The notes beneath the pieces are model-generated. The model saw only the letters and a program-made list of their open reading frames with translations, ran no database searches and was not told the DNA's origin. The translations under genes and the position numbers were made by a program. From Octopus sinensis (Eukaryota), in NCBI RefSeq assembly GCF_006345805.1, contig NC_043013.1, forward strand, positions 56,234,001 to 56,298,000: a stretch of DNA of 64,000 bases. The letters are read 5' to 3'. This document shows, in pieces, positions 61,618-64,000 of the stretch (within the stretch, counting starts at the first letter, position 1; every line of letters begins with the position of its first letter).

Positions 61618-62116
61618 GTGTATATGTTTATGCATACTTATATATACACCCATTATACCTCTATTATAACCTCAATAATCCATTGTCATCTAACATTGAA
61701 CAGTTATTGCCAAAGTCCGTGTGTAGATAACAAATAATAAATTTGTCTGTAAAAGAACAATATCTGCTTTTATTGTGGTTAGAGTGCAATGCTGGGATTC
61801 GTTTAAATCAATTCTATCCGTTTTGGAAAATATAGAAATTGGTTTTCTTAGCAAATGATATACTTCGGTATTTCACTGTCATAAGTTATTGTTTCCTGTA
61901 AGAATATGTTGAAATGTGTGATAAATATATCGCTATCAATAGAGATAGAAACGGCAGCGTAAGGTTATGAAAAGATGGCATTTTATTGATGAGAAAACGA
62001 TGATAATAGAAATATCATTGCAGGTAAGCTAACGGAGGTTTGGAAGTGAGTAGCAGCCAAGATGGATGTCCTCCTTTCTCTGGCATCTGCTGATACTACA
62101 CACGCATGCACACACA

Positions 62117-62172
<56 letters not shown>

Positions 62173-62689
62173 CACACATGCACGCACGCACACACACAAA
62201 ATGAAAGGAGACTCTATTCAGTCACTTGACCCACAAGAAAATGCTGATAATAGAAATATTATTGCAGGTAGGCTAGAGATTAGGTACTGACCATTGGCTA
62301 AATATATTGGTGTGATTGATAGTGTTAGCCTTAATGGAGGCCCTCATTTTTTTGTCACTTAATGATGCTGCACATGTATAGAATCACACACACATCAACG
62401 ATAGATTTCTCTCCACAATCACTTCATCTGTTAAAAAAACAATAACAATAGAAGGGTTGTTGGAGCAACAGTTTTCCCCTCCTGAAGAGGTGGCCTTCTT
62501 CGTGGCAAATTATTAACTAACATAAAATTCTAATGACCGTTCTGTGTTGACACTAATATATTCTGTTCTATTCTTTTCTATTCTTTTATATTCTTTCTAT
62601 TCTTTTCTATTCTTATCCTCATTTTATGTCTGTGCTTGGGACTCTCCATATTGGCGTTGGTTGGGTTTTCTGGTTTGACACAATCGCAA

Positions 62690-62890
62690 CAGCAGAAGAA
62701 TCATGGCTCACTCTAATGTCTCAGTTCTGGACAGGTTTCTGCTGCAGGATGCGCTTCCTAACACTAACTATTTTACAGAATGCCAGATTGAAGCCTGGTG
62801 CAACCATCTGGTTCGCCGGCCCTCAGCCCAAATCGTCAAACCCATGCTAGCATGGAAAGCGGACGTTAAATGATGATGATGATGATGATG
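62690..62890 (+). mobile_element. RTE-type 3' end with (GAT)n tail
   Basis: CCCATGCTAGCATGGAAAGCGGACGTTAAATGATGATG. Confidence 0.65.
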
Positions 62891-63526
62891 ACAGTGTCCT
62901 TCATCCCTAGGGTTTCATATGTGAAATGTGCTAAAACCTGGTCCTTATACAATCGTCAATACAGTTGTTCGTCTCATCCCAAAAGATTGTGCATTTTTCA
63001 CCTTTTACATGGCGTTTTAGCCAGTTTATCTTCCAGCATTATATCGTTTTACGCCATGGGGTTAAAAAATAAAGTCACAAATGAATGAGAAAGTAGTCGA
63101 TAAACAGATTTAAACAAATCTGAATTCAAAGCAATCGTGGGAATCACGAGTGATGACGATGCCTAACGGTAGATATTGGAACTGCAGTGCAATATGATGA
63201 GCTCTGAAAGACTGATAAATAAGACAACACAGCTGAGTTCATGATTTCTTTCACTAAGCTTCACTACTTTATGGCATGTATCTTAACATTTACTATGTGT
63301 ATTTTCATATGATTTTACATGTTTTATTCGTATTTATTGTACAGCTACATGATTTTATATGTTTTTTACGATTTTCTTGAGATATTACGTTTCCAAATTT
63401 ATGGTGGACAGACGTAAAGTCGAGTAAAATGACTTGACTTGATTTTTATTTTTCCATATATTATTTTTTTAAACTGATGTTTAATCAAAAATGACTTAAG
63501 TTGAGATATGCTTGTGTATATATGTG

Positions 63527-63584
<58 letters not shown>

Positions 63585-63905
63585 CATCATCATCATCATC
63601 GTTTAACGTCCGTTTTCCATGCTAGCATAGGTTGGACGGTTCAACCGGGGTTCTGGGAAGCCAGGAGGCTGCACCAGGCACCTGTCTGATTTGGCAGTGT
63701 TTCTACAGCAGGATGCCCTTCCTAACGCCAACCACTCCGTGAGTGTAGTGGGTGCTTTTTACTCGCCACCGGCACAGTGGCCACAGGAGGCTGGCAAATG
63801 GCCACGATCAGTTGGTGCTTTTACGTGTCACCGACACGGACGCCAGTCGGGCGGCGCTGGCATCTGCCATGTTCGGACAGTGCTTTTAACGTGTCACCGG
63901 CACGG
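63585..63905 (-). mobile_element. RTE-type 3' UTR, young copy
   Basis: (CAT)n-CGTTTAACGTCCGTTTTCCATGCTAGC; near-identical to 39293-39560; CpG retained. Confidence 0.8.
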
Positions 63906-64000
63906 GTGAGAGAGAAAGAATTAGACAGATAGAAAGAAAGTAGGATAGATAGCTATGTTCATATATGTTTGTACATGTGTCCGTGTGTTTGTTTATGTGT

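Noticed and set aside
1-64000. CRISPR array, rRNA genes or a prokaryotic operon
   Set aside because: No regularly spaced repeat-spacer structure, rRNA-like sequence or dense coding; the DNA is clearly metazoan and repeat-rich.

Overview
AT-rich, microsatellite-dense eukaryotic DNA, most likely intronic or intergenic. The repeat families look like those of an octopus or other cephalopod genome; this is my inference from pattern recall, not a database search. I cannot name any host gene: only a few short, mutually conflicting candidate exons are visible. Most ORFs in the supplied track are microsatellite or transposon read-throughs. The window is dominated by mobile-element relics: a D34D mariner and a D37D (maT-type) Tc1/mariner side by side; two young RTE-clade LINEs (48.6-51.8 kb +, 39.3-40.8 kb -) plus many dispersed RTE 3' ends with (GAT)n tails; CR1-like RT relics; R4/Dong-type (RLE) LINE pieces sitting in (TAA)n arrays; a probable Penelope GIY-YIG relic; and at least three tRNA-headed SINE families. 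The most interesting signal is a tRNA-headed SINE whose body contains a complete minimal type I hammerhead ribozyme core (24915-24960, minus strand). A decayed second copy and a 318-bp fold-back copy of the same body also occur, which suggests a Pol III SINE / Penelope-retrozyme hybrid. No bona fide tRNA or rRNA genes and no CRISPR arrays were seen. Coordinates of degraded repeats are approximate.
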